64,000 bases of DNA, taken from the NCBI GenBank assembly GCA_030390025.1, contig CM059432.1:46626001-46690000 (forward strand). The letters are read 5' to 3'. Every line of letters begins with the position of its first letter. Within the stretch, counting starts at the first letter, position 1. The translations under genes were made by a program, and so were the position numbers. Below the pieces are notes generated by a model. That model was not told where the DNA came from, did not search any database, and saw nothing but the letters and a program-made list of their open reading frames with translations. Below are positions 38,087 through 51,226 of this stretch, one piece after another. The stretch is from Squalus acanthias. Taxonomy: Eukaryota.

Positions 38087-38617
38087 GGCAATCGTGCACC
38101 ATCAACACTCATCTGCCCCCTGCTTAAAAGAAAAAACAGACAATCCATTGTGGCTTTCCTACGAGCCCAATGGGCTAATTCGTCAATTCCTGATTCCCTT
38201 CTGTCACTGTGGGGAAACATCCACTCAAATTAAAAACCTTAAATTTAATAATGTCCAATATCTTTAAATTTCATTTCAGCAATAAAAAGTTGTTGTGTGG
38301 TGAATTCAAAAAAAACAGCTGTCAGCGGAAAGGGTTAACTCCTTTGCAGGTTTGTAAGAAGACGGAGCAAATTGTCAGACGCACGCAATTGCATCACTTC
38401 ACGTAAATTTAAAAAAAACTTTCCCGATCGAAAAAGACAGAGTTTTAAAGGCACAAAGATTTTGCAAAAGTAACAGATTTTTTTTATTGACGAGTTTTAA
38501 ATTTACTTGAAAGCTGCGAGAAGCTGTGTGACACAAGCCGACATTGACTGATGGCATCTGGGTTTGTCTTCTTTTGGAAAAAAAAGTTAACTAACCTATT
38601 CAATTGTGAAAAACGGA

Positions 38618-38778
38618 GTGTTACTCCCAGCCTTGCACCCTACGTACACCCATTAGTTCAGGCTCTCAATACTGAAGTATTTTTTTTTTTAAACATAACA
38701 AAATGGGGCTTCCTACTTTTCTTTTTCCTGCATTGGGCAATTTTCTCAATCCTACCACTGGTGATACTTCAAGGGTGT
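38618..38778. repeat. Diverged direct duplicate of the pol-end/env-acceptor spacer (36907-37061)
   Basis: GCCTTGCACCCTACG..CACCCATTAGTTCAGGC...CCTACCACTGGTGATACTTCAAGGGTGT occurs twice. Confidence 0.88.
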
Positions 38779-39614
38779 ATGGCGACTGTAGGTTCTTCCA
38801 TGGATAGGATAGCCACCAGCATGGAGCAGCTAATGTGCCACTCACAGGAGCACATGGTCTCTATGGAGAATAGATGGCAGACGCTCATAGATCGCCTCTC
38901 TAGGAGGGATGTCAATGTAGACGAGGGTCCTCAAGGCCCCACTGCTGTGCAGCAAGGTGCTCTCCAGCTCTTTGCTAGCAGGGAAGTGCGGGCTGGCCCA
39001 TGAGAGGGCTGATGGTGAGATGGGACATGGAAATGGGGGCTCCTCTCAGAGCGCTCACACTTCTCCTCCATTGCCCCCCCCCCTCAGTCAGAACCCCAGG
39101 TGGCTCCTCGGATCGCGATAGCCGAGTCTGCCCCTGCACAGTCGCAGGAGGAGCAGACTTTGGCGGGGCCATCACAACCTCCAAAACCCAGAGGACGTCT
39201 GCCAAAAGTGTCTACGCAGTCACAGCAGGGAAATGAGCAGGCTGCCTCTACCTCTGCTGAAGCCACAGGGGTAGCACCTCGTAGAAGCACGCGTAAGAGA
39301 AAGATGAAACACAAGTAGATGCACAAGGGTAGCCACTTGGGTGTATTAATAAATGTTTGTGTAAAGTTTCCATTACTCTTATGTCACAGATAAAAATATT
39401 TATTTTTGCCACTTTGCAATCATGGACTAATTGTGTGCAACTTTGGAAGTGACTTAGTGAGTTGGAGTGAATGGTGAGACATAACGTTACCTCCAGCAAT
39501 GGTGGTCAGTGTGAAAGGAATGACTTGGTCATTGTAGGGATGCTTTATGGTGTTGCTGTGGAGTGGTGCGAACCTGGCGCAGCATGTGGCAGCATATGGG
39601 TGTAATGCGTGAAG

Positions 39615-42260
39615 TTAAGTAAATCTGGCCATGATGAGGCCATCCCTGGCCTCCCGGGCAGCAATGAGCTCGGGTGCTGGTGGGATCTGGACCGCAGCTT
39701 CCTCCTGCTCCTCCTCCTCCTCGTCTTCCAGCTGATGCTCCTTCTCCTCCTCCTGCTTCTCCTCCTCTGAAGAGGTCGTGCGCTCAGTGCCTTGCTCCTC
39801 ATGCAGCGCTAATCCTCGCTGCTGCATTATGTTGTGCAGGGCGCTGCAGACCACAACGATACTGGAGACCTTGGCTGGTGCGTACTGAAGGGCTCCTCCA
39901 GATCTGTCAAGGCATCTGAAGCGCAGTTTCAGCATGCCTATTGTCTGCTCTATGACACATCTGGTGGAAATGTGGCTTTCATTATATCTCTCCTCGGCCT
40001 CAGTACTTGGCCTCCTCAAGGGTGTCATGAGCCACGTCTTCAGTGGATAGCCCTTGTCTCCAAACAGCTAGCCGGAAAGTCTGTTTGGAGAAGCAACGAG
40101 CTGAGGGAGGGTGGTCTGGTGCAGGACGAAAGAGTCATGGCAGCTGCCAAGGAATTTGGCACACACATGCATAATAACATAAGAACATAAGAAATAGGAG
40201 CAGGAGTAGGCCAATCGGCCCCTCGAGCCTGCTCCGCCATTCAATAAAATCATGGCTGATCTGATCCTAACCGCCAATCTACTATCTATCACAGAACCAT
40301 CTCCTGCATCTAACAGAATTGCACACACGAAATAGGAGCAGAATCAGGCTACACGGTCCCTGGGCCCGCTCCACTACCCACAGGGCCATGACCGATCCGA
40401 ACCTAGACTCATGTCCAAATTCCTGCCCGCTCCCCGTAACCCTTAATGCCCTTTACTTCTAGGAAACTGTCTATTTCTGTTTTAAATTTATTTAATGATG
40501 TAGCTTCTACAGCTTTTTGTGGCAGCATATTCCATGGACCTACCACCCTCTGAGTGAAGTAGTTCCTCCTCATCTCAGTTTTGAAAGAGCAGCCCCTTAT
40601 TCTAAGACTATGTCCCCTAGTTCTAGTCTCACCCGTCATCGGGAACATCCTCCCCGCATCCACCTGATCCAACCCCTTCACAATCTTATATGTTTCAATA
40701 AGATCGCCTCTCATTCTTCTGAACTCCAATGAGTAGAGTCCCAATCTACCCAACCTCTCCTCATATGACCACCCCCTCATCCCCGGGATTAACCGAGTGA
40801 ACCTTTTTTGCACTGCCTCGAGAGCAAGGATGTCTTTCCTTAAGTAAGGACACCAAAACTGTATGCAGTATTCCAGGTGCGGTCTTACCAATACCTTGTA
40901 CAACTGAAGCAATACCTCCCTATTTTTATATTCTATCCCCCTAGCAATGAAAGCCAACATTCCATTTGCCTTCTTAATCACTTGCTGCACCTGCATACTA
41001 ACCTTTTGAGTTTCGTGCACCAGGGCCCCCAGATCCCTTTGCACTTCAGTACTCTCCAGTTTCTTGCCATTAAGATAATAAATTGCTCTATGATTTTTCC
41101 TGCTAAAGTGCATCACCTCACACTTTCCAGTATTGTATTCCATCTGCCAAATCTCTGCCCACTTACTTAGCCTGTCTATGTCCCCTTGCAGGTTTTTTAT
41201 GTCCTCCTCACTCACTACTTTCCCTCCCATCTTTGTATCATCTGCAAATTTTGATATGTTACACTTGGTCCCTTCCTCCAAATCGTTAATATAGATTGTA
41301 AAGAGTTGGGGACCCAGCACTGACCCCTGTGGAACACCACTAGTTACTGATTGCCAGTCTGAGAATGAACCATTTATCCCAACTCTTTGCTTTCTGTTAG
41401 ATAGCCAATCCTCTATCCATGCCAGAATATTACCCCCAATCCCGTGATTTTTTACCTTAAGCAATAATCTTTTGTGTGGCACCTTGTCAAATGCCTTTTG
41501 GAAGTCTAAATACACTACGTCCACTGGTTCCCCTTTATCCACTCTATATGTTACTTCCTCAAAGAACTGATCTTACTATGGTTGCAGACGAGCTGCACAT
41601 TGAGGGAGTGGAAGCCCTTGCGGTTGACAAAAACTCCTGAATGATGATGGGGTGCCCTGATGGCCACATGGGTGCAGTCGATGATGCCTGCACCCATGGG
41701 AAGCCAGCCAGCGCGGCAAAGGCCAGTGCCCGCTCAGTAACACTGGCTTCATCAGTGGCAAAGTTGATATAATTGGCTGACTTGTCAAAGAGGGCATTGG
41801 TGACCTGTGTGATGCATCTGTGGGCGGCTGACTGTGAGATGCCGCAAATGTCTGCTGCAGATCCCTGGAAGGAGCCTGAGGCAAAGAAGTTGAGGGCACT
41901 GGTGACTTTGACAGCCACTGGTAAGGCATATCCACCTGCTCCTCTGGGTTGCAGATCTTGCTCCAGCAATCTGCAAATGTCTGCGACGACCTGGCGCAAT
42001 AGCCTGAGCCTCCTTTGGCACTGCTGCTCTGTCATGTTGAGGAAGCTCATCCTCTGCCTGTATACCCTGTGTTGGGGGAATCGCCTCCGGCGCGGTGCAG
42101 CCCTGCGCTGATGCCCTGTGTCCTGTGCAGCATCAGGTGATTGCGAAGAAGGTTGGTGGTGTTGTTGTTGGTACTGCTGGCGTGCCTAGTGCTGCTGGTG
42201 TTGGGGCTCATCGTGGTCTGATTCTGAGGACCAAGGTGAGACAGTATAAATGGCACCTAT
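39615..42260 (-). pseudogene. Harbinger DDE transposase (HARBI1-family), split by a CR1
   Basis: [90 protein letters not shown]; frameshift and stops. Confidence 0.93.
40176..41568 (-). mobile_element. 5'-truncated CR1 LINE with uninterrupted RT ORF (41542-40409) and duplicated 3' tail
   Basis: FADDTK RT; transposase reads HSKI|IMHV across the insertion. Confidence 0.95.
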
Positions 42261-45094
42261 GCTTATATAATAGATGGCAGGTCAAGTAGAGATGACAGAA
42301 GCAATCTGTCAATGGTGTGATAGGTTCTACCAATGAGGTGACAGTGGATCCCGACTTTGCTGGAAACACTTGCAACCTCTAGAAAGCTAAATCTGTGCTG
42401 ACAATGCACTCAGCAACAGCATCTGCTTTAGGAAAGTGACCAGCTGTCAGGTGGGAGTTTTTATTGTACTTTTCATTCTGTACACTCATGAGGTGGATCA
42501 ATGGACACTCAACTTCCACCTTGGGTTCACAGATGTGGTTCCTGAGCTGCGTGATTCCAGTGCTCTTCCAGGGAAATTTTAAAGGTAGGGCTAAAAAAAG
42601 ACACTTAAGGGTCTGACAAGTACCTCATAATGATCTAATTTACCTTGGCCACCTCTGCCGTTCGGGTCGCTGCTGCGCTTAAAACGCGCCCGAGGGAAAG
42701 ATGTGTGGGGGCGGGATGACGGCGGGTTCCTGACCTGCTCCAAGGTTTTTCAAATTTCCCCCCTGACCCACCTCCAATCGCGCTTGCATAGACACCAGAA
42801 AATTCCGGCCTTGGTCAATATTCACAATTAGATTGGATGGGTGGATGAAGAAAAAGGAATTGAAGGAATATAAGAACTTGGTGAGTCAATGTGATTAGGA
42901 CTATATGCTCACGTGGTGAGTAAATGCTAAGACGGACTTGTTGGGCTGAATGACTAAATGCTGTAACTTCTATGTATTTCTTTATATAATCAGATACTTC
43001 CCCATCACAGTATATGATGCTTTCAGTGGCACTGCATGAAAGAAAGCAGGCCAGAGTAATCAACAGGCAGCATACTCTGATTGCTGAAATCTGCCAAGAT
43101 GGCACCAACTATTTCTGACAATTCTGGCAATGACCATGGGGAATAATTTTCACAGGAGCCAGGTCAGCAGAGTTCCGCTATCTGCTGCAACGATGCCTGC
43201 AGCTATCTTGGTTGGCATATCCAGTCAGAATAACAGGAAACGGTGGCCTGAAACTTGGCTCTAGCTACTTGCAGGACTGCTGCAATGCTGTTGGGAATGG
43301 TGGTGGCATAAAGTGGTACGGAGGACCAGCCTTCTCACAGCCACATTATGCAGCACCATCTACACTTCTACAAGCATCAAACAGGGAGTTGGAGGCTGTG
43401 TTGCTCCTTCATTTGCCTGCAGACACATACCTGCACCTTGGGTTTCCTTTCCCTTGACTTTTGCTTGTCACTTAATACTTTGCTCCCCCACTTTGGCCTT
43501 GGCAAAGGCTGCTTATTGGTTGAGATGCCTTCTGAACCTTTGCAAAGGCTTTCAGAATTTTTCACCCCTTATTCTGACACTTCCCTTTAAATTCCATGCA
43601 GTTTTCTTCTCCCATCACTAATGTGTTCATTGTGCCCGTCCAAATCTGCAGCAGCCATTCAATTCTAGGCTGTGCCCATAGCAGAAAATCTAGGCTATGG
43701 AATCTTGTCCCTGGAATGGGCAGGAAAAGGGCAGATTTTCTTCTTTTGTACTTGGTTACAAATGATTGCCTGAGCAAAGGAAAATCAGCGGGAAGGATAG
43801 CACCCTGGTAATGGAGCTTGCTCGATTTTCTGTCTTTGTATGTCAAGTGATTGCACTTTGCCGCATGCAAAAGAGGACATTTTGTCCCAGTGACTCAATG
43901 CTATACCTTGCAAAATCATGGCTGGATGAAAGGCAAAAGCAACAGGCTCTCACTGGAAATTGAAGCAAAAATGCTTATATTTAGATCTAACAGGCAAGCT
44001 GATTGTGGTATTCATGTAGTTCAAAGTTTACCATAATAAAATAAAGCACACAGCCACTAAAAGGTTGTTGAAAGAAAACCAACCTCAATAGAACAGTATT
44101 CTAAGATCGGTATCTGTACAATTATCCCATCACAAATACAAGCCTTGTGCCATGGCAGTCCCCACTTTATTAATAATAGTAGGTACTGCCAACATTGCAC
44201 TCTAATTGATTTTGGCTATTCGCCATCTGACGACTTTAATTATTGATAGCCTGTGCATCACTGGTATGTGTTAACTAGGTAGCGTCTGTGCATATTATCT
44301 TCAAGTACTGAAATGCACTCCAAACATTGCTATATGTTCCCTTCATGTGGCTGATATAGAAGTACAATATTCTTTACCATGCTAATTCCATGCATATCTG
44401 AAAATAAGCTTTGTTGTGTGGTAGTACTGTTTTAATACTTCAAGGAAGAAAGAGAATTGCTCTCTTTTCATGTACTGCAGCTATTCTCTGTAATGAGACC
44501 TAAGGGAGCATTTCTGTTGTTACTCAAGAGATCAGGTAACCATAGAAGTTCTGACAGAGACTGGAAATGAACACCTCCTCAGCCTAAAAATAGGAAATAC
44601 AAACAATCCATACACAGCCTCCTTATCACAAAACTGTAGACTTATTTACATGGAGCTGCAACACTGTGTTCTTGCATGAAAATGGCCCATAAAACTTGTT
44701 TCATCAACACAACTTACCATAGACATTGTGACAAGGGCTTCAGCACCTCAAATGTCCTTTTTGATGTTGAAATGAAATAATATTCTCGTGCAGCAGATAA
44801 TATTCCAGTCCAAGATACTGAATGATTGCTCAGGTTATAAGAATTTTATATAAATGTATAAAGTTATCTCTAAATCCCATGAGTAGATAAGGGGGTTTAA
44901 CTTGCTCCAAATATAATGATTATGCATTAAATGAGAGGTTTTTTTGCACCTTTTCTTTTAAGTTTACTCATAATGCTTTCTTGGAGCTCGGATGAGTGAG
45001 GATTCATTGCAATGAATGCACAATTGAGCAGCTATTCAGGAATAAACTGCAATGGTGGTGCTAATTCCCGCATTAGCCCCTTAACAGACACAGA

Positions 45095-45781
45095 GGGCTG
45101 GATTTTCCGGGGGGGTCAGCGGGCATGATCGGTGGCGGGTTGGGATGGAAAGTGTTTTTTTTCCCCAGCGGGTCAGGACCTCACTGGGAGCCCGCCGCCA
45201 TGCGCCTTTCCCCAATGTTGGTTCTGTCAGCACTGAGCAGACCCGACACGCAGCGTCGGGGGACCTATTTCAGGTCATTATGACCTTGTTTAGAGATGAT
45301 TAAGAACACATTTGAGCTCACCTTTTGATTTTACATGCTCGCCCATGGGGTCCTCGTTGCTCGGGGATCACGTCTGTTAAGCTGAGACGGGAGTTCGGTG
45401 ACCATTGAATCAGCTGTTCAGTTGACAACTTCAAATGTAAAGTAAAAGCTCCCACCTTTTGCGAGAGCCTGGGTACAGCCCTGTACCTCTGTGCAGTGCT
45501 TGTCAGTGTTTACAGCACCTCAATGCTGCAGAACACTGACAGCAAAACTGTCAAAATGAATGTGGCCATGGTCCCTTTAAAGAAACCGGCTGATGACGTG
45601 TCATTAAATGACTTCATCAGACCCGCTTCCTTTTAATTGGTCGGGAACCCCACAGGGCGGGCTTAACAAGCCCAATTAACATAAAATCCTTTTGACAGAG
45701 CGGCTGCAGCTGGGAGCAGGACCGGAACCCACCAACCAGCTCTCCCGCCGCCATCCCGCCTCCACTGGCGAAATTGCGGCC
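45095..45781. mobile_element. Harbinger MITE
   Basis: GGGCTGGATTTTCC ... GCGAAATTGCGGCC; 45465-45680 is a direct repeat of 46585-46797. Confidence 0.75.
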
Positions 45782-46902
45782 AGGGCATCAGCACCGGACA
45801 ACATTGCTGCCCGGGAGGCCAGTGATGGCCTCACCATGGCCAGATTTACTTTACTTGACGCTGTACAGCCTGGCTGCCACATGATGTGCCAGGTTGGCAC
45901 CACCCCAAACCAACACCATAAAGCATCCCTACAATGCCCGAGACATTCCTTTAACACTCATCACCATTGTGGGGTGGGGTTGGGGGCGGGGGGGGGGGTA
46001 CCGTTCTGTCTCACCATTCACTGCAACTCACTAAGCCACTTCCAAAGACGCACACAAATCTGTCCAAGAATGCAAAGTGTTGAAAATAAAGATTTCAATG
46101 TTTGACAGCACATTAACAGAAACTTTACATGAACATTGCATAAAACACCCAAGTGCCTACCCTTGTGTGTTGTTAGTTGGTAGGATTGCGCTAGGATGAG
46201 GGTGAGTGTGAGGGGTGGCTGGTGAGATGGGGAAGTGATAATGTAGATAGAGAGGGATGAGTGGAGGTGCAAGGTAAGTTGGTGTGAGTAAGGATGTGCA
46301 GGAGTAGGGTAGGTAAGGCAGAGTGATGGGGATGTGATGAGAGGCACAGCAGGATGAGGTTGAGTGTGGCTTTGTACTAATGTTTTGTGATCTACTGAGA
46401 TCATTGAAACGTTTGTGGAACTGCACCCAGGTCCTCCTGACCATATCCCTGCTTGTACCCTCCTCTGCAATGTGCAACCAGGCTGTGTTGATCTCCTGAG
46501 GAGGTTTCTTCCACCCATGGGAAGGGAAGAGGACCTCCCTGCATGCTGTGACTCCATCCATAAGCATATGGAGGGAATCATGGGAGAGCCTGGGTGCAGC
46601 CCTGTGCCTTTGTGCAGTGCTTGTCAGTGTTTGCAGCACCTCAATGCTGTAGAACACTGACAGCACAACTGTCAATAGAAGGTTGGCCATGGTCCCTTTA
46701 AGGAAACCGGCTGATGACCCGTCATGAAATGACATCACCAGACCCGCTTCCTCTAATTGGCCGGCAAACGCGCTGGGCGGGCTTAACAAGCCCAATCACG
46801 GTAAACTCATTTCAGAGGCTGGGATGGAGCCAGCAGCGGGGTCGGGACCCACCACTGATGTCGCCCACCACGGACTCGCCGAGGTAGGGGAAATCGCGGC
46901 CC
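45782..46902 (-). mobile_element. Non-autonomous Harbinger derivative retaining Myb exon 1
   Basis: RAAPRLSHDSLHMLMDGV...RRTWVQFHKRFNDL on -; end GGGAAATCGCGGCCC; same internal deletions as 1-1099. Confidence 0.85.
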
Positions 46903-46939
46903 GAGGTGCTGTAAATAATGCCTGCTGCATCAATCCAAC

Positions 46940-47250
46940 TATGGAGCAAACAAATTGGAGCACTGATGAAAGGGGTAAGGCATAGAAAGCCTATTTTACT
47001 GACGAGACTTTCCGATTATTGTGAAGGGATGGAGGAATGATCTCTGCATATCAGAAGTGGAACTCACCATCTAAACAGGTGTTAGAGGCAATCGCATGGG
47101 AGGTCAATGATATTTCTACAGCCTGCTGCACTTGGACCTGTGTTTGAGGAGGAAACGTAGAGCAAGTTACTGATTACAGGTGAGGAAAGCGAGGTGGTGG
47201 TGAGTGAAGGGCTAGCTGACGTGTTGCAATGATACAGCATGGCCACAGGC
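46940..47250 (+). pseudogene. Highly decayed Myb/SANT exon of an older Harbinger
   Basis: Piecewise translation gives KAYFTDETFRLL ... AIAWEVNDISTACCTWT. Confidence 0.45.
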
Positions 47251-50200
47251 TGTATTTTTCAGCTATAATTTCCCAATGTGTACTTCTGACAAGCGCCACT
47301 CCCCACTTGGAGTACTGGATTGTTTTAAGTTGGAATATTAGTGATGTGATTGTGGAAATGTCATGTTCTCTATACTTTATTGTTAAGTAATTTTTCCTGG
47401 CATGTTATCCCTTGTTTTATCTTCAGGGTTAGCTTACCTTTCCAACTCTGCTGCCAACATTTCCTGGCGCCAAACAGCAGGAAGCACGAGATAATTCACA
47501 GGCATGGCAATTCCTTCCGGTTATCGCTGTGCTCCATGGGCAGTTACCACAGACTCTACTCAGCAGCTATGGATCAAATCAAAAATGGGTAGAGTCTCAA
47601 ATCACCAATTGCCCTACTCTATAACACGAGCTAATCTGCATTTTCCGATTGGCATTCCTTTAATGCCAAGATTAATTCCTTTAAAATAAAAGAGTTAATG
47701 TCGGCATTAAAATCTGGTGAGTGAAATATCTGAGCCTCAATGTTCTAATATGCAGGACCACCTTGGAAGTCTGACAATTTGTATTTTAGGGATCAAGCAT
47801 GTGTTAGGCATTAAATTCTACAGAAAAGATTTATTGTAATTATAAAGAAATACTGTTCCAATTTCTTATTTGCATCTTTCTTCAATAAAGAATGATTTCT
47901 AATCATGCCTATTGGCACAGACTCACAGGGTTCTGGTGAGTATAGATAATAGCTAAAAAAAACCAGACATTTAAAATGTTACATTTGCTCCACAGTTATA
48001 ATGTTGATTATTTTTTATACATACCTATAAAGTGGAAAAGCATGGGAGGCATTGCTGTAATTAGTAATATTAGCAGAATGACTATATATTGTAATAAAAC
48101 TTGAACAAAGCACGACATATTGGAAATAACGTTTAGAACATAATAAATTTTAAAAATACACCATTTACAAAATATGATTAAATATAACTATACAATGCCA
48201 TTTTCTGTTTGAAATGGCTGTGATGATGTTTTCCATCATTGGCCTGTACCTAAGTAAGAAGCCTAAGTCTTGAATTCATGCAGGTGTCCAGACCCATCAA
48301 GTTAATCAAATAGACTCATGCCAGGAAAGCTACAGCTCCCAGCAAGCACCTACACCTACAACTTCTAGATTTGTTTTAGGATTGACAGCATGCCTGGCCA
48401 TTCACAGAGAGTGCAGGGACTTGCTGTTTGTAAGCCCTGTGCCTCCTCCACTCTTGTGTATCAATGGAAAATTATTGAGAACAAAACCTCCTAGATATGC
48501 CATTATTATAAGCAGATGAGGTAACTTGAATGAATGTATTTATATTCGTATAAAACATCAAAACAAGGTAAAGCATGGAGTTAACTTTAAAAATGGTGTA
48601 TACTATATACTAGCTGAAATAATCCACAGCATGCTTTAAAATGCCAGTGTTCTGCCTTTCTCAGCCCATCAAACAAGGAAGGAAGATTTCAGCCGATTAC
48701 TATATTAGCTGGCCATCAGTAGGTGCTGAGCTCACTGGTGATGTTGAAAATTACAGTTTGGATTAAATTGCCAGTAAATAAAGTGTATGTTGATTGTATG
48801 AACAACTGTTGCAGTAACCCACTGGAAGTTTCCTTCAGTCTTTGGGAGCTGGAGAGAGGCTGAACAATGGTCAGCACCTTGGGATCTTTTACTAGGTTAA
48901 AAGCACTATATAAATATAAGTTGTTGTTGTTGTTGTAACTTGTAAAACTGATTAAAATTAAAGTGATTAGAGGAACTGACAGGAAAAAATAAATTCTAGG
49001 GTAAGAATCACAGGACGTGGTGCAGGATATTGCACCACAGCAGATCATTTACTAACTATAGTAATATGGTCTGGCTTTCATGGTATTAAAGTTCTTTCAT
49101 TATAAAATAGCATACCCTGTCACTTACTGTGAGAAATGCCTTGGGAAATCTGATTGTATATATAAAAATTTAGTATATGATGCACATCCGTCACACATCA
49201 GTGTCACACTGTCCCAGCTGAAAAAGTCACACTTGGAAGTGTACATCAAAACCTATTGACACAAATATTTTTTTACAAAACACCAACAAATCACAACTGA
49301 AGAGATACAGCAAATGTAGCAAGCAGGGACCAAAACTATTAATCGAGAATGAATAAACTGCGAACAATATCAATAAAAAAGCAGAAAGGGCTCCAATTTT
49401 CTTAAGTCCTTTCAGCTACCATTTTATTTGATCAATAACCTTGTGGGTCTACTACTTAAAATCAGATTGTAAGAAAATAAATCATTTGTCAAAAAAATCA
49501 TTAAATTTACTCATAAAAATGCCGTGTGCTCTTGGAAATATTCCCAATAAATGTTGACCCCTGAAGCTTACACACCTCAGGAATATGCTAGACATAGAGC
49601 TCCTGGCAACTGGGTGGGCAGGCAGTTAAAATCAGGCAGCAACTTACCACCTCTGATCCACTGTCTATTGGATGTAATTTTAACCTGCTGTCTTTAGCAG
49701 GCGCGTGGGGCACTCGCTGGTAGGCAGTGCCCTGCTTTGAATATTCTGATCAGGCTCCAATAACAATTTTAACCCCAAGCCTGCGTGGGAAGCCATTGTG
49801 TCAAGTGGATCTGGGGCCAGAGGAGGCCCTGGATTTTGCTAAGATCTTTGTGGTCTATAGACTCTTTCTGGGTTTAATATTTGGTGGGCTGTATCAACCT
49901 GAGCCTCACACTCCTCAGCACTCTTCTGATTTCCTTCCCTTTCATCCTTCCATTAATATGGCAAGCAAAGGAACCCTCAAAAGAAAATCATACTGATGAA
50001 TATGGCCACTTAATCTGGGTGACAAGGGGTGATGATTTGCATAAATTTAAATGAGCTTATGCATGAATGGCAGATGACAAAAACAGAGCCTCCAAGCATG
50101 ACTGGAAATAATGTTGCTTGAAAAATGGGGTCAAAAACGGTCTCAATTTGTGGCGCGCAAAGTGAAGTTACGCCATTCTCACATGATAAAATGCTGGAAA

Positions 50201-51226
50201 CAGCAAGTAAATTCAAGACCATACTTCCTTTAATTTATCGTTCAGAACTGTAGCTGGGAGAGAATTGTATTGATGGCTGTGCAGCAAAACAAATAGCTAA
50301 ATTGCTGACATTGCTGTGTCTGCCCTCTGCCTACTGCTTGGAAGAATTTTCATATCACAGACATCATTACCAGCATTCAGATTATTGCTCTCATGTTACA
50401 TTGTTCTTAGGGTTCTAAGAATCCCGCATCGAATGCTAGAGGAAGAGCAGCACTGCTCATTATGGCTGAAAACAAATTTATATTCAACAGTTTACCCCTG
50501 CCTTTCAGTCTCCATGTTGCAGCCTGTCTGGGGCAGATTTCCCCCTCAATTTAATTATGCAGAAAATGGGGCAGGCTCCGTTACAGCCATGTGATCCTCC
50601 CTGCCCTCTTTCTGCTCCACCCCGGTGATGCTTTTTGCCCAAGTTCTAAAAAGGAAAATCTGTACCCCTCCCTGTATCTCCGGCAGTCTGATTCTAACCA
50701 TTGCTTAATTGCAGCATTGACACAATGATGTTAAGAGAATGCCTGTAAATTCTGACACTCATTTGATATATCATTACACAGATGAGTACTGAACTTTCCT
50801 GATTTGATCTAAATAGGGTGTAATGCATTAGAGAAAAATAATCAGAGATATTTCCTTGACCTAGAATTCTTGTATTTTCTTACCTGCTCAGACTGTTATT
50901 TGTTTCCTTGTGGTTCAAACAATTTTTTTCCAGCTTGATGGGAAAAGCAAGGCTTAGTTGATTTAACGAATGCAGCTCTTTTATTATGAATGATTTTATT
51001 GCAATCTTCAATCTGTCTCCTTTTGCTAAACTGTTCATATTATTCAAGATGCAGTTCAGTTAAATCCCTGAATATTACAGTAAACAATCATCATCTGAAC
51101 CCATCCTGCTCTTGGTTTCTAGTTCTACCTGAGAAAATATACAACTTATCTACAGGGGCTGATACTGAGACACACACATATAATGGCTTAGAAAAAAGAT
51201 AAATAACATTTTAAGAAATGGTACAT

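Larger units (their letters stand above)
30503..38778 (-). mobile_element. Defective endogenous retrovirus-like element (lokiretrovirus-like): partial IN, env, PPT, 3' LTR
   Basis: Integrase, env, GAGGGTGGAC tract and TG..CA LTR in the correct order; gag, PR, RT and the 5' LTR are not recognisable. Confidence 0.8.
29170..39318 (+). pseudogene. Harbinger Myb/SANT-like (trihelix) DNA-binding gene; exons ~29170-29409, 29750-29909, 30060-30502 + 38776-39318
   Basis: RFSDDSLHMLVEGV...W..LAEEVNS...RTWVQCCKRFNDL; AAG|GTGAGT donor, acceptor mutated to CCG, CCCACAG| acceptor; C-terminal RRSTRKRKMKHK*; last exon split by the retroviral insertion. Confidence 0.85.
28884..42810. mobile_element. Full-length two-gene PIF/Harbinger transposon (decayed; ~4.3 kb without nested inserts)
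   Basis: TIRs GGACGGAATTTTCTG / CAGAAAATTCCGGCC; convergent Myb/SANT and transposase genes; flanks (28800-28883 and 42814-42985) rejoin into one CR1 3' fragment. Confidence 0.88.

Noticed and set aside
39615..42260. Domesticated HARBI1 or NAIF1 host genes
   Set aside because: Flanked by TIRs and disrupted by stops, frameshifts and insertions; these are transposon copies.
45590..45625. Hammerhead-like CTGATGA (also 46711 and 29037)
   Set aside because: No stem II-GAAA-NUH geometry; part of the Harbinger subterminal TGACGTCA-like palindrome.
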